This document shows, piece by piece, positions 49,361-61,033 of a stretch of 64,000 nt of DNA; position 1 is the first letter of the stretch, and each line of letters opens with the position of its first letter. This stretch comes from Raja brachyura (taxonomy: Eukaryota), in the NCBI GenBank assembly GCA_963514005.1, contig OY740787.1, positions 70,866,001 to 70,930,000 on the forward strand, in the 5' to 3' direction. The notes beneath the pieces were generated by a model that searched no databases, was not told where the DNA came from, and saw only the letters and a program-made list of their open reading frames with translations. The position numbers and the translations under genes are program-made.

Positions 49361-49466
49361 CTATATAGAGTTTGGAATATAAAAATTAGGATGCATACAA
49401 TGCCAATATTGTACCTTGATGCTTTCACACGTGATTTTTTTTTCTATTTAATTACTGAAAACATAC

Positions 49467-49757
49467 CTTGTACTTTAACATTTACAGACACAGTCTTAGC
49501 TCCACTTGGATTTTTCACAGTTAGTGTATATTTTCCAGTATCATTTCTGTCACAGTACTTGATAATGGCAACAGCTCGCTTGTTTGTGTACTGTAGAGAA
49601 ATCTTCTCACAAAGTTCTAGTTCTTTGTTTCCTTTAGACCAATAGACCTTTGGGTCAGGTTTCCCACCAATGAAAGCATCGAGCACCAAGTCTGATCCTG
49701 CCCTTATGGTAATAATGTCTCCAAGTAATCTGCTGTCCAGTTCTGCCTTAGGAGGTA
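49467..49757 (-). CDS. TTN: Titin exon (Ig)
   Basis: VPPKAELD...VNVKVQ; 291 bp. Confidence 0.95.
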
Positions 49758-49850
49758 CTGTAAATCAGAATAAAAAGTAATGAATTATTTTTGAAAAAGA
49801 TGTTTCTTGTTCAACAGAAAATGTATAGATATATTTTTACACCAGCATAC

Positions 49851-50156
49851 CGTATTCATCTTTGCATGTGACAGGTCCAGTAGATTCAGATGGTGTACTA
49901 ATTACTCCACTTGCATTCTTGGCTAAAACGCGGAATTCATAGACCTCCGAATCACTTAGTCCTGTCACAGTGTAGAAGGTTTCAGAGATGGATGTGTAGT
50001 TGCACTTCAGCCAGCGGCCATCACCAGTTTCATTATAGGGCTTGCGATCTACGATGTATCCAACAATTTTACTTCCACCATCGTGGAGTGGTACAGTCCA
50101 TTTTATCGAAACTGAAGATCTCGTAACATCTGTTACTTCTGGTTGACCTGGAGGAT
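49851..50156 (-). CDS. TTN: Titin exon (FN3)
   Basis: DPPGQPEV...CKDEY; 306 bp; AAG acceptor. Confidence 0.94.
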
Positions 50157-50256
50157 CTTTATACATTTAAACAAAAGTACATTTCAATTGAAATCTGTAA
50201 ATATTTGCAAATATAGAAAGTATAATATATGAATTTCATTTTACTTTTGATCTTAC

Positions 50257-50559
50257 CAACAGGATCTTGTGCCATTATTAGTCTAGAAGCTTCACTTGCT
50301 TTACTCAAGCCAGCTGCATTCATGGCGTAAACCCTAAACTGGTATTCCAAGCCTTCCACAAGAGTGGATATTTTGTAATGGCAATCAATGCATGGTATTT
50401 TGTTTTCTTTCACCCAGAGAATGCTGTTACGTTCTTTCTTTTCAATCCAGTAGCCTGTAACTTTGCTGCCACCATCATGATATGGGTCTTCCCATTGGAT
50501 TGACATGGCATTAGCAGATACAAAATTCACTACTGGCCTGGTTGGAGAGCTTGGCGGAA
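50257..50559 (-). CDS. TTN: Titin exon (FN3)
   Basis: VPPSSPTRP...AQDPV; 303 bp. Confidence 0.95.
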
Positions 50560-50652
50560 CTGCAGGACATAAAAATATATAATTAGTAAATTTTCTCCAG
50601 CTTCATTGCTTAATATGCATTATCCAATAAATAGTTAGAATTTTTGACTTAC

Positions 50653-52716
50653 CAAATGGATGTTCTGCAACGACAGGTTTTGATTCCAATGGTTTGCTGA
50701 CACCAAATCTGTTCTCCGAACAGACACGGAAAGTGTATTCCATATACTTTGTCAAGTGGGTAACTTTAATCTGAGTACGTTTTACACTGGAATTGATGAG
50801 CTGCCATGTTGTGGTACCAGATTCACGTTTTTCTACAATATAGTTGGTGATATCAGTACCACCATCATCTTCAGGCTCTGCCCATGACAAAACGCACGAA
50901 TCTGCAGTGACGGATGAGATACTCACAGGTCCAGTCACTGGACCTGGTCGACCAATAACATTAACAGTTACAGTAAATGTCATGACTCCTGCCGTGTTTT
51001 CAAGTGTTAGGTAATATTTTCCTGAGTCACCCCTCATAGCGTCCTTCGCAGTCAACGTAGTTCTCTCTTTTGTCGTTGTGATACTGACCCTTTCAGTTTC
51101 CTTTAATCTCATTTCCTCAAGCTTCCACGATACCTTAGGTGCAGGACGGCCAGTAATAGGTACATCGATGGTAAAGGTACTTCCTGATTTACAGGTAATT
51201 GTTTGATTGGTGATTCCTGATAAATCTGCTTTAGGCTCAATCTGTGGTTCTTTAATAATAACAGATGAAAATGCCTCTCTTGGTTCACTGTGACCTGCAT
51301 CATTTTTCGCTCTGACACGGAATTCATACTCTTTATTTTCAACAAGTCCATCGATTTGAAGTGTAAGGAGTTTGGTTTGACCACCTTCAACCCAGTGATC
51401 TGAATCTTTTTGTTTCATCTCCACTACATAGCCAGTGATTGAACTGCCACCATCATGCTCTGGTTTCATCCAAGCCAAAATTGCAGAGGTTCTGCCTGTA
51501 TCTACAATATCTAGTCTCTTAGGTGGTGCTGGTTCCTCAGTGGCTATAATAGGTTCTGTTATCTCATATGGTACACCAAGGCCATATTCATTTTCTGCCA
51601 TGACCCGGAAAAAGTATGGCACTCCTGCAAGTTCTTGTGCTCTGAAGATCTGTCGGGGGCATTTGCTACTGATTTCTTGCCAGCTGCGTCGACTGGCTTC
51701 ACGCTTCTCAATTACATAATGACGAACACGGGAACCTCCATCATGAATGGGAGCATCCCACATCAACGTAATTGCACCTCGAGTGACATCTTTGAATGTA
51801 ATTGGTCCTGGTGGACCTGGAGTGTCTTGTACTTTAACGGTGAAAGTTATAGATTTGCTGCCAATGCTGTTTTCCACAGTAAGAGTATATTTCCCAGCAT
51901 CGTATCTATTGCAGTTCTCTATTGTTAATGTACTGTTCGTATCTGTTGTATTAATGTGAACATGTACTCCAATAGATGAGTCTGCTTTCTTCCAAGTGGC
52001 CATTGGAACTGGCCTACCTTGGAAGGCAATATGCAGCTGAATGGTATTGCCAGCTTTAACAATATGTATTTGTTTGAAATTGGCATCAGTCTCAATTTCT
52101 GGTGCTGTTAACCTATCTGTAGCGTGTACTGACACAGCAAGTTCGCAGCTATCTCCTTTTCCTGCCCCATTAACAGCACAGACACGGAATTTGTACTCTT
52201 CACCAGATTCCAATTCAGTAACTGTGTATTTGGTATTGACGCATGCTTCAACGTTAACCTTATGCCAATCTCCAAGACTGGCTTTGCACATTTCAATTAT
52301 GTAGCCAATAATTTCCATGCCTCCGTCAAAGACAGGCTTAGTCCATTCTAAGCTTACAGATTTCTTTGTTGTATCTGTGACTCTAACAATGGTGGGTGCA
52401 CCTGGTGGGTTTACTGGTTCTCTACACTTAATAAGTCTAGAAATATCACTTGAGGGGCCCACTCCAGCTTTATTTTCTGCCATGACATGGAATTCATATT
52501 CGTTTCCTTCTGTGAGGTTAGTCACTTTGAACCGGTTTTCAGTAATCGGTCTTTTGCTGGAAACTTTGACCCAGCGCAGACTCTTCTTCTCACGTCGTTC
52601 AAGAATGTAATGTATAATTTCATTCCCTCCGTCTGATTTTGGTCTTGACCAAGTAAGGGTAATAGTTTCACCTGAAACATTGGTTGGTTCTGGTGTACCA
52701 GGTGCATCTGGCACAG
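50653..52716 (-). CDS. TTN: Titin exon (multi FN3/Ig)
   Basis: TVPDAPGTP...VAEHPF; 2064 bp. Confidence 0.95.
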
Positions 52717-52830
52717 CTGTGAAACAAAAAAAAAACAAGTTCATTAAGTAGCACTGTTTGGACACGTAAAGACTGGCAAATGTTTGATAAAAGATTGGAA
52801 CATCAATTGTAAATTCTGAAAAATACATAC

Positions 52831-53130
52831 TGTATTGTATCTGTGCAATAACTGGCTCTGAATCTAATGGTTTGCCAGTGCCAAATTTGTTGACAGTTGC
52901 AATTCGGAACTGGTACTCATTCCCCTTAATTAACTTGGTGACTGTATACGAACAGGCTTCACAATTATCATTGACCAATGCCCATGTAAGTCGACTGGTC
53001 TCACGCTTTTCTATTACATAATTGGTAATGACAGCACAGCCATCATTTTCTGGTGGCATCCACCATAATGTAAGCTTCTCTCCAGTGATGTTGGTAAATC
53101 GAATTGGTCCAATTGGTGGTCCCGGAGTAT
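52831..53130 (-). CDS. TTN: Titin exon (FN3)
   Basis: DTPGPPIGP...IAQIQY; 300 bp; donor A|GTATGT. Confidence 0.93.
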
Positions 53131-53245
53131 CTAAAGAAAACCAGAAATGTTAGTACCCAGCAAGTTAACTAAAATATTAAAATGACTAAAACATTAAACT
53201 GAACAATTATAAAGAGCACACAAGTTGCCAATGACTTCTAATTAC

Positions 53246-53533
53246 CGTGAACTCTAACATGAATGTCGGCCTTCTGGATGCCTGATGCATTCTTGGCTTC
53301 CACAGTATATATGCCACGATGATCTCGGTTGCAGTCTCGCACAAAGATGGAACTGGACCCAATAACGTTGGTGATATCCACCATCAATTTCTTATCAATC
53401 TCCTTTCCATCTTTGTACCAGGTTACTTGAGGTAATGGGCGGCCTTTGATATGTACCTTAAGTCGCATACTCTCACCAGATTTTACTGTCACACCTTCAA
53501 AATGTTCAGCACCAAATTCAATTGATGGTGGTA
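53246..53533 (-). CDS. TTN: Titin exon (Ig)
   Basis: IPPSIEFG...HVRVH; 288 bp. Confidence 0.95.
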
Positions 53534-53634
53534 CTATGAAAGAAACAGATGAGTGATTGCCAGGTCGATGCTTCAAAGGCATTACATGTATAAGCAATAC
53601 ATATGCAAACTATTTAGCTTTTAGATGTACTTAC

Positions 53635-53928
53635 TGCTTTCATCCCTTGTCATAATGTTGCCTGATGACTGAGACGGTGGACTGACTGTTCCAACAGCGT
53701 TTCTAGCAATTATGCGGAATTCATAACGATCACCAGGGCTAAGGCCTGACACTGTATATTGGCATTCATTAATATCAATAAAGTTGCACCGCAACCAACG
53801 ACCTCCACCTTGCCGCTTTTCAACACTGTATGCCACAATTTTACTTCCACCGTCACGAGCTGGTGGTTCCCACTTAAGTGTTATAGTATCTCTTGTCACA
53901 TCAATGTAATCTGGTGTACCAGGTGGAT
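53635..53928 (-). CDS. TTN: Titin exon (FN3)
   Basis: DPPGTPDYID...TRDES; 294 bp. Confidence 0.95.
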
Positions 53929-54049
53929 CTGATGAAATAATTTTGCAAGTAGTCAGTTAAAGATAAATCCAATCAATCGTCAACATCAACTATTATGCTT
54001 TAATACAAGTAGAATACTTGTTGTATGTTTGAGGAAAGAAATTACTTAC

Positions 54050-55816
54050 CAACTGGAGAGACAGCCAACGTGAATTTGCTTGCTTCACTAACTGTGCTCA
54101 ATCCAACACTGTTTTCAGAATAAACTCGGAACTGATAGTCCAGGCCTTCAATAAGTCCTAATATTCTGTATTCTTTGTTAGAAATAGGAGTTTTGTTGAT
54201 TTTTTGCCATAAGATGCTGTTCCTTTCTTTCTTCTCAACATGATATCCAGTGATTTCTGAACCACCATCATATAAAGGTGCATCCCATGAGATTGTCATA
54301 CCATCACAAGTTATATTGTATACAACAGGCTTTCCAGGGGGTCCAGGAAGTCTGTACTGATGTTTTGCTATAACAGCCATTGAATTCAGTGGCAGACTTA
54401 CTCCATATCTATTTTCAGCATAAATTCTAAATTGATATTCTAGATCTTTAACCAGTTTGGTAACTTTAAAGGTTTCCCTGGCTGCACTGGAACAAACCAC
54501 TTTCCAATTAGTTTGTGAAGTTTCACGTTTTTCAATACTGTAGCTCGTAATTTCACTTCCTCCATCATCGTCAGGTGCATCCCATGAAATTACGATACTT
54601 TCAGACTTGATTTCATCAAATCTAATTGGCCCTTTCGGCTTCGAAGGAGGGCCAAGAGTAATTATGGTAAAGTTGAATGACTTTCTTGAAACTGCATTTT
54701 CAAGAATCACAGTATACTTTCCACCATGTTCTTTCTTGACATTCTTAATACTTAATGTAAGTTTGTCTTCTGTTTTTGTGTACCGGACTTGTTCACTTTC
54801 TTTTAATGGAATGTTGTCTTTCTGCCATTTGATACTTGGTCGAGGTTTACCCTTATATGGAAGATCAACGTGAACATTGTGTCCAATTCTTACTTTAATT
54901 TGTCCTCCTGCTATTTCAGATAAGTCAGCTTCAGGTGTAATGACATAATCTTTCACAGTGATAGGTGCAGTAATAACACTATCACTTAATCCTTTTTCAT
55001 TCTTTGCAAAGACTCTGAATTCAAATACTGTTAACTCCTTTAATTTAATAACTTCAAAGGTACAGACTTTGGAAATGCCAGCGTGACACCACTCTTGTTC
55101 CTCTTTCAATTTCTTTTCAATTACATATTCTGTAATTATGCTGCCTCCATCATAGTCAGGTTTGTTCCATTGTAACATCACAGAAGATTTAGTTGAGTCT
55201 TTCATCATAAGATCCTTGACAGGCCCTGGTACTTCAGTGGCTTTCACTGGTTCTGCAGTGTCACATGGCTCACCAATTCCGTTCTCATTCTCTGCTATTA
55301 CTCGGAAAAAGAATGAGCACTTTTCTGACAAGTTGGTGATTTTAAAGGTTGTGCTGGAGCATTTGGTTGTAACACCAGACCAGGCTCGTTTTGTTGCATC
55401 TCGTTTTTCAATAACATAATTGACAATTTCAGAACCACCATTAATAAGAGGTGGTTCCCAAACTAATGTGACTGTACCTCTGGTCACATGCTTAACATGC
55501 AACTTCTGACAAGGTCCAGGAGATGCAAGGACTTTCACATTTACAAATGTTGATTTGGGTACTCCAACACCATTTTCAATTGTCAAAACATATTTGCCAG
55601 TATCGTCACGGTTGACCTCGGTAATATTGAGAAGGGTAGATGACTCAGTATTGTGGATGGTGTATCTTTCATCAGCGTTGATATTTTTCTCACCCTTTCT
55701 CCAGGTGACATTTGGATGAGGTCGACCTTTGAAAGGTATCATAATTTCTACATTTTCTCCTGTTTTTGCTGTTATGGAAGTCCTGAGTGCAACATCAAGA
55801 TCAATCTCTGGCTCCT
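54050..55816 (-). CDS. TTN: Titin exon (multi Ig/FN3)
   Basis: EEPEIDLDV...LAVSPV; 1767 bp. Confidence 0.95.
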
Positions 55817-55903
55817 CTGTAGAATGAAATGTAAATATATATCAGGATCTAATAAATACACATGCTAATTGTAATCAAGGCATTCTACATATCATAGACT
55901 TAC

Positions 55904-56209
55904 CTAGTATGTCTTTAGCCTGTGCAGGTTCCACCATTTCAATTGGTTCCCCTTGTCCTGCAATATTAACTGCGCAGACACGGAAGTAGTAGTTTATGCC
56001 ATGTGTCAAGTGGAACACAACATATTCTGTTGTCCTGACTTCTCCCTTAGAAGTAATTACTGTCCATTGTTCTTCATCAGCTTCCCTCATTTCAACAACA
56101 TAGCTCGTTATTGCACTTCCTCCGTCATAGACAGGTTTAACCCAGCCAAGAGTGATGGAAGATTTAGTGCTGTCCACAATCTTCAGTTTGGTTGGTTGAC
56201 CAGGTTCAT
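55904..56209 (-). CDS. TTN: Titin exon (FN3)
   Basis: DEPGQPTK...AKDIL; 306 bp. Confidence 0.95.
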
Positions 56210-56303
56210 CTAGATACAAGAAAGATAATATTTGAAAGAATTAACCGTAAAATATTGATACAAATTGCTTAATCTTTTGCAAATTTCTATTAATTTTCCA
56301 TAC

Positions 56304-56606
56304 CAATTGGATCAGCAGCCTTGTAGAAATCAGAAGGATCAGAGTATGGACCCTCGCCTGCTGCATTGATAGCACACACTTGGTACTGATATTCATTTCC
56401 TTCTGCAAGCCCAGAAACCTTTTGCCTGGTATCACGGATAGGTTCCTTAGTAACCTTAAACCATCGTAGACTCTTTTTCTCACGTCTTTCCAAGATGTAG
56501 CCACTGATTTCATTGCCACCATCGACAGTCGGTCTCTTCCAGCTTATAGTCATTGTTTGTTTAGTTATCATGGAAGCTTCTGGCAATGATGGCTGCCCGG
56601 GTGTAA
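56304..56606 (-). CDS. TTN: Titin exon (FN3)
   Basis: VTPGQPS...AADPI; 303 bp. Confidence 0.95.
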
Positions 56607-56689
56607 CTATTAAAAAAATTCTCAAATTAACCTTCATGTAACAATTAAGAAGAGCATTCATTGGAAAAAAAATTGTCTTGTTTTCTTAC

Positions 56690-56989
56690 CAAATGCATTC
56701 TTAGCAATAACAGCATCAGATTCCAGTGGATCACCGACACCATATTTATTCACAGCCCGAATACGGAACACGTATTCATTGCCCCTAATAATATTATGTA
56801 CAGTAACGATAGTATGTTCCATGTGCTCTGAAATGAGCGACCATACAACTCGACTTGTCTCACGCTTTTCAACAATATAGTGGCTGACGGGGGCACCGCC
56901 ATCATCCGTTGGAGCAGCCCAAGTAAATGTGATCTTTTCAGCTGTAACAGTCTTAAACTGTACAGGCCCAAGTGAAGGTCCAGGTTTGT
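56690..56989 (-). CDS. TTN: Titin exon (FN3; not in ORF track)
   Basis: Manual: DKPGPSLGPVQF...IAKNAF; 300 bp. Confidence 0.93.
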
Positions 56990-57080
56990 CTGTGAAACAG
57001 AAGCAAATAAATCATGCAACTCCTGAAAAAAGTGTAGTTTCAAAAATAACCTTCAATTTATAAGCAATACATTCACATAC

Positions 57081-57368
57081 CTAGAACTTGTAATCTGATT
57101 GTTCCTGATGCTGAGCCTAAGGGGTTCTTAAGCCTGACTTCATAGCTTCCAGTGTTGATACGACTGGCATCCTTAATAATGACTGCTGCAGAGTCTGTTG
57201 TGTTTTCAATAAAGACTTGTGAACTTGTCTCAAGTTCTTTACCGTTTTTATACCATTCAATAGACGGCAGAGGCTTTCCAGAGATACCAACTTTAATCTT
57301 TATGGCTGAATCGGCCTTAAGTTTGACAATATCCATATACTCCAAAGGCAAGTCAACCTCGGGTGCAC
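57081..57368 (-). CDS. TTN: Titin exon (Ig)
   Basis: GAPEVDLP...IRLQVL; 288 bp. Confidence 0.95.
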
Positions 57369-57466
57369 CTAAGCAGCAAAGTTAATAACAGCAACATTAT
57401 TAGCAATACTAATCACAAAAGAAAATCCTATATTTGCAGATATAGAGTAAGTTGCAAAATAGTTAC

Positions 57467-57763
57467 CTATGGTATCACGGCAGGTTACAGGTCCAACAAC
57501 CTCAGACGGATTACTTATTGAACCAATAGCATTCTTCGCAAATACACGGAATTCGTACTGTGCATCTTGAGTCAAGCCTGATACAGTGAAATGAGTTTCA
57601 ATGACATTTGTGAAGCTGGCCTTTGTCCATCTCCCATTTGGCAAATCACGTTTTTCAACAATGTAGCCGGTAATCTTGCTGCCACCGTCATAAGATGGTT
57701 TTTTCCAGCTGAGGCTTACAGAGGTCTTTGAAACATCTGTTACACGTACATTTGTTGGGAACT
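57467..57763 (-). CDS. TTN: Titin exon (FN3)
   Basis: EFPTNVRV...CRDTI; 297 bp. Confidence 0.94.
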
Positions 57764-57882
57764 CTGAAAGACAAACATATAAGAGATTTATTTATCTGAT
57801 TATATTTACAAATACTAGTTTATCACCAGCAATTCTACATTGAAATGAAAAGAACCAAAGCCCAATTTCAGTGAATACCAAC

Positions 57883-58185
57883 CACAAGCATCAATTGCTA
57901 GAACTTGATCAGAAGGATGGCTGACTTTTCCAACGCCTGCAGCATTTACTGCATTTACACGGAATTCATAGATAAGTCCACCACTGATAGTTGTGACCTT
58001 GAAGTGTGTTGTACGGATAATATTCTTGTTAACTCTCTGCCATAAAATGCTATTCCTGTCCTTCATTTCTAAATGATAACCAATCACATGGTTACCACCA
58101 TCAGAAACAGGCTCATTCCAACCTACTGTAATACTTTCTCTGGTGACATTAGTAACCCATGGGGTTGATGGAGGACCAGGCGTTG
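57883..58185 (-). CDS. TTN: Titin exon (FN3)
   Basis: TTPGPPSTPW...AIDAC; 303 bp. Confidence 0.94.
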
Positions 58186-58288
58186 CTGAAAAATACAGGA
58201 AATATAGAGTTAGCATTGTGAGCAGATGAAGATCAACAATATGATTTGCTAAGATGAATAGTCATGCAAACAAGAGCAAACAACTTAC

Positions 58289-58876
58289 TATATGGCAACT
58301 TGACTGTTACACAAGTGGAGTCAATATGATCACTGATTCCAAAACGGTTCTCAGCTTTGATGCGGAACTGGTATTCCTCTCCAGTAGTCAGCTTCATGAC
58401 TTTGATTAAACTTCTTGCTGCAGTAGCAGATACTTCTGACCATGCAGCTGTGCTGGTTTCTCTTTTCAAAACGATGTAATTTGTTACCTGACTGCCACCA
58501 TCATATGTTGGTGGATGCCATCTCAATGCCACACTATCTTCAGTAACATCACTAATGGTTACAGGACCCACTGGAGGGCCAGGCCTGTCCAGCACTACAA
58601 TATTAATGAATGACTTTGTTGTTCCACTGGAGTTAGAAGCAGTAATATCATAGTGACCAGAGTCACCGGCAACACTTTCTTTCAAGTTCACAATCATGCT
58701 TTCTGCAGTCATTTCAGTGTTAAATCGCATGGATGACTTCACACAAATGCCATCTTTGGACCAAGATATGTTGGGCTGTGGCTTGCCAGAAATTGGGATT
58801 TCAAATTTTAGGTTGGATCCAGCTCGAACATAAACAGTGTTACGTGGGAAGTTGTTCATGTCAATTTCGGGTGATT
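58289..58876 (-). CDS. TTN: Titin exon (Ig + FN3)
   Basis: ESPEIDMNNFP...VKLPY; 588 bp. Confidence 0.95.
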
Positions 58877-59023
58877 CTGAAAATAATTTGAAAAAATATA
58901 TAGTAGTCTTGATTCAATGAATAAATCCTCAAGCTCAAAAGGCTATTGGACTAAAAGTGACCAACATTAATTAGAGATACTCACACTACAGATTGTTATC
59001 ATTATAATATGAAAAATAATTAC

Positions 59024-59320
59024 CAAGTTGTTCTTTAACTGTTACTGGTAGAACCATTTCCTTTGGGTCACTTAGGCCAGCCTGGTTTTCAGCAGAAACT
59101 CTAAAGAAATAGTCAGCATTTTGTTTCAAACCATGTATAACATGATTGGTAGTCTTCACAACAGCACATTTAATCCACTTTTGTTGGCCTTTTTCAAGAG
59201 CTTCTATAAAATAGCTTGTGATCCTACTGCCTCCATCATGTTCAGGCTTTGACCATGCAAGTGAAACGCTATCTTTGGTGACATTTGTTACTCCAAGTCG
59301 CTCAGGTGGGCTTGGTTTCT
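59024..59320 (-). CDS. TTN: Titin exon (FN3; not in ORF track)
   Basis: Manual: EKPSPPERLGVT...VKEQL; 297 bp. Confidence 0.93.
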
Positions 59321-59569
59321 CTGAAAAAGAGTATAATACATTTTTAAAGCTTAAATTAAGAATGATGAAAATAAAAATGTCAAAATATTCTTTGGCTGAA
59401 TTTTGGCCATGTGCTTTGGCTTCTCTACTTAAATCAAAATCTTTACTTCCTCCATGTTATTTACACTGTGTAATAACTTGATATCTCGATTTAATGAGTT
59501 GGTAAAGACTGAGAGGGTATCATAATAGGAATGAGAAAAGAGAATCTCCCCCAGACTAAAACATACGTA

Positions 59570-60080
59570 TCCTTAGGCCTATGTAAAAAGGCATTGATGA
59601 ACCTCTGTAAAGCACTGATTTAGCCATAACTACAGTATTCAGTGCAATGGGAAGAACGTGGAATTGCCAGAGACAGTGCAAAAAAAAATTAGTAGAGAGG
59701 ATGTGGGAATTTAGTTCATAATAGCTAGACTTGAGAAGCTAACTTTTTTCTCCGTTGAACACTGAAGGCAGAGAGGTGATTTAATGGAGGTATTCAAAAT
59801 TGTTAAGGGCTCAGGTAAAATGAATGAATCAGAAATATTTCCATTGGTTGAAGAATTGAAAACCAGATTTACAGTGAACCAGGGATGACATTGGGAAAGA
59901 ACCAGGGATGACATTGGGAAAAGCATGTTCACAATGTGGTTTGTCACAACCTGCATTTCACTTTCAAATCGGCATTGGAAAGATAGTTGACTGAGAAATA
60001 AATTGCTGGGAAAAAAGTTGGATTTGCCATGGGAGCACATGCAAATAGCCAGCACACATTTAATGGGCATAATAATCATC
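59570..60080 (+). mobile_element. Highly decayed CR1-like LINE fragment
   Basis: gaaggcagagaggtgatttaatggaggtattcaaaat (RGDLIEVFKI-like); internal ~23-bp tandem duplication 59877-59923. Confidence 0.6.
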
Positions 60081-61033
60081 TTCAAAGTTGCAATAAGTCT
60101 GATTCTATATCCTGTCGCTCAAACAAAGCATATTCTGATGAGGTCAGCCATTTAAGGAACTGTCTCTGGCAGTACAAAACAATATATCCCGTACAGAAAT
60201 AAATTGGAATCCTCATGCCTGAATCAGCCCCCTCTTTGAAGCTATGTATCATAACTATAGTCAGCGAAAGACTGCTCCAATTTTGATCATTTAATGGAAA
60301 CTGGGATTGATTGAATACCACCAACTATTTTTTGTTCAAGAAATTGGTAAAACATTGCTGCTGTGTTGGAAGCAGGAGAGGTGTACTGATTAATGTCCCA
60401 ATCTCAGCACCCTCTTTGCATTTTGCTTTTGCACCCATTTTGCACCCTAATCACCAGGTTGATCATCCTCTTTTCCTTCAAGATTACTTTGAGCATGATG
60501 GAATGTGATTCATTTTCTTAAGGCAGGCAGGCTGTTTGTGGAGGCTCACCAAATACTGACAGGTCACCAATTACGATTAATGAGATCCAATGCACAGTTT
60601 TTGATTGCTTTTGCCATTTATTCGTACACCTATTCAGGCCACAATAACACATTCACAGCTGAAACTCAGTATGGGCTGATTATTTTTTTAACCCCTATTG
60701 ATCACTACAATTATTGTTCTATGTCATATTTATATTTAAGGAATTTGCTATGTTTTTCATTTAGCAGATCATTCATAGTAATCTTGCAATGTTAAAGTAA
60801 TCAGAGAGCATTTGTGAGATCACCAGGGGATTAACCATTCTCACTCTTGGGAAAAAAGCATATTTCTCTATACCAAGATACAATGACTTCATGGGAAAAG
60901 TTAAATTAAAATGTGAGAAATTACACAAAAAATCCATTGCTAATTCTAAAGACTACTATGCGATTATGCCACAATACATTGTTCAATAACGTAATAAAAA
61001 TATTAAAGTGGCAATAATAAGTGGATAAATTAC

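Noticed and set aside
51615-51645. Apparent single-codon deletion in an FN3 loop (ELAGVPY)
   Set aside because: Minor, depends on recalled human sequence, in-frame and probably neutral
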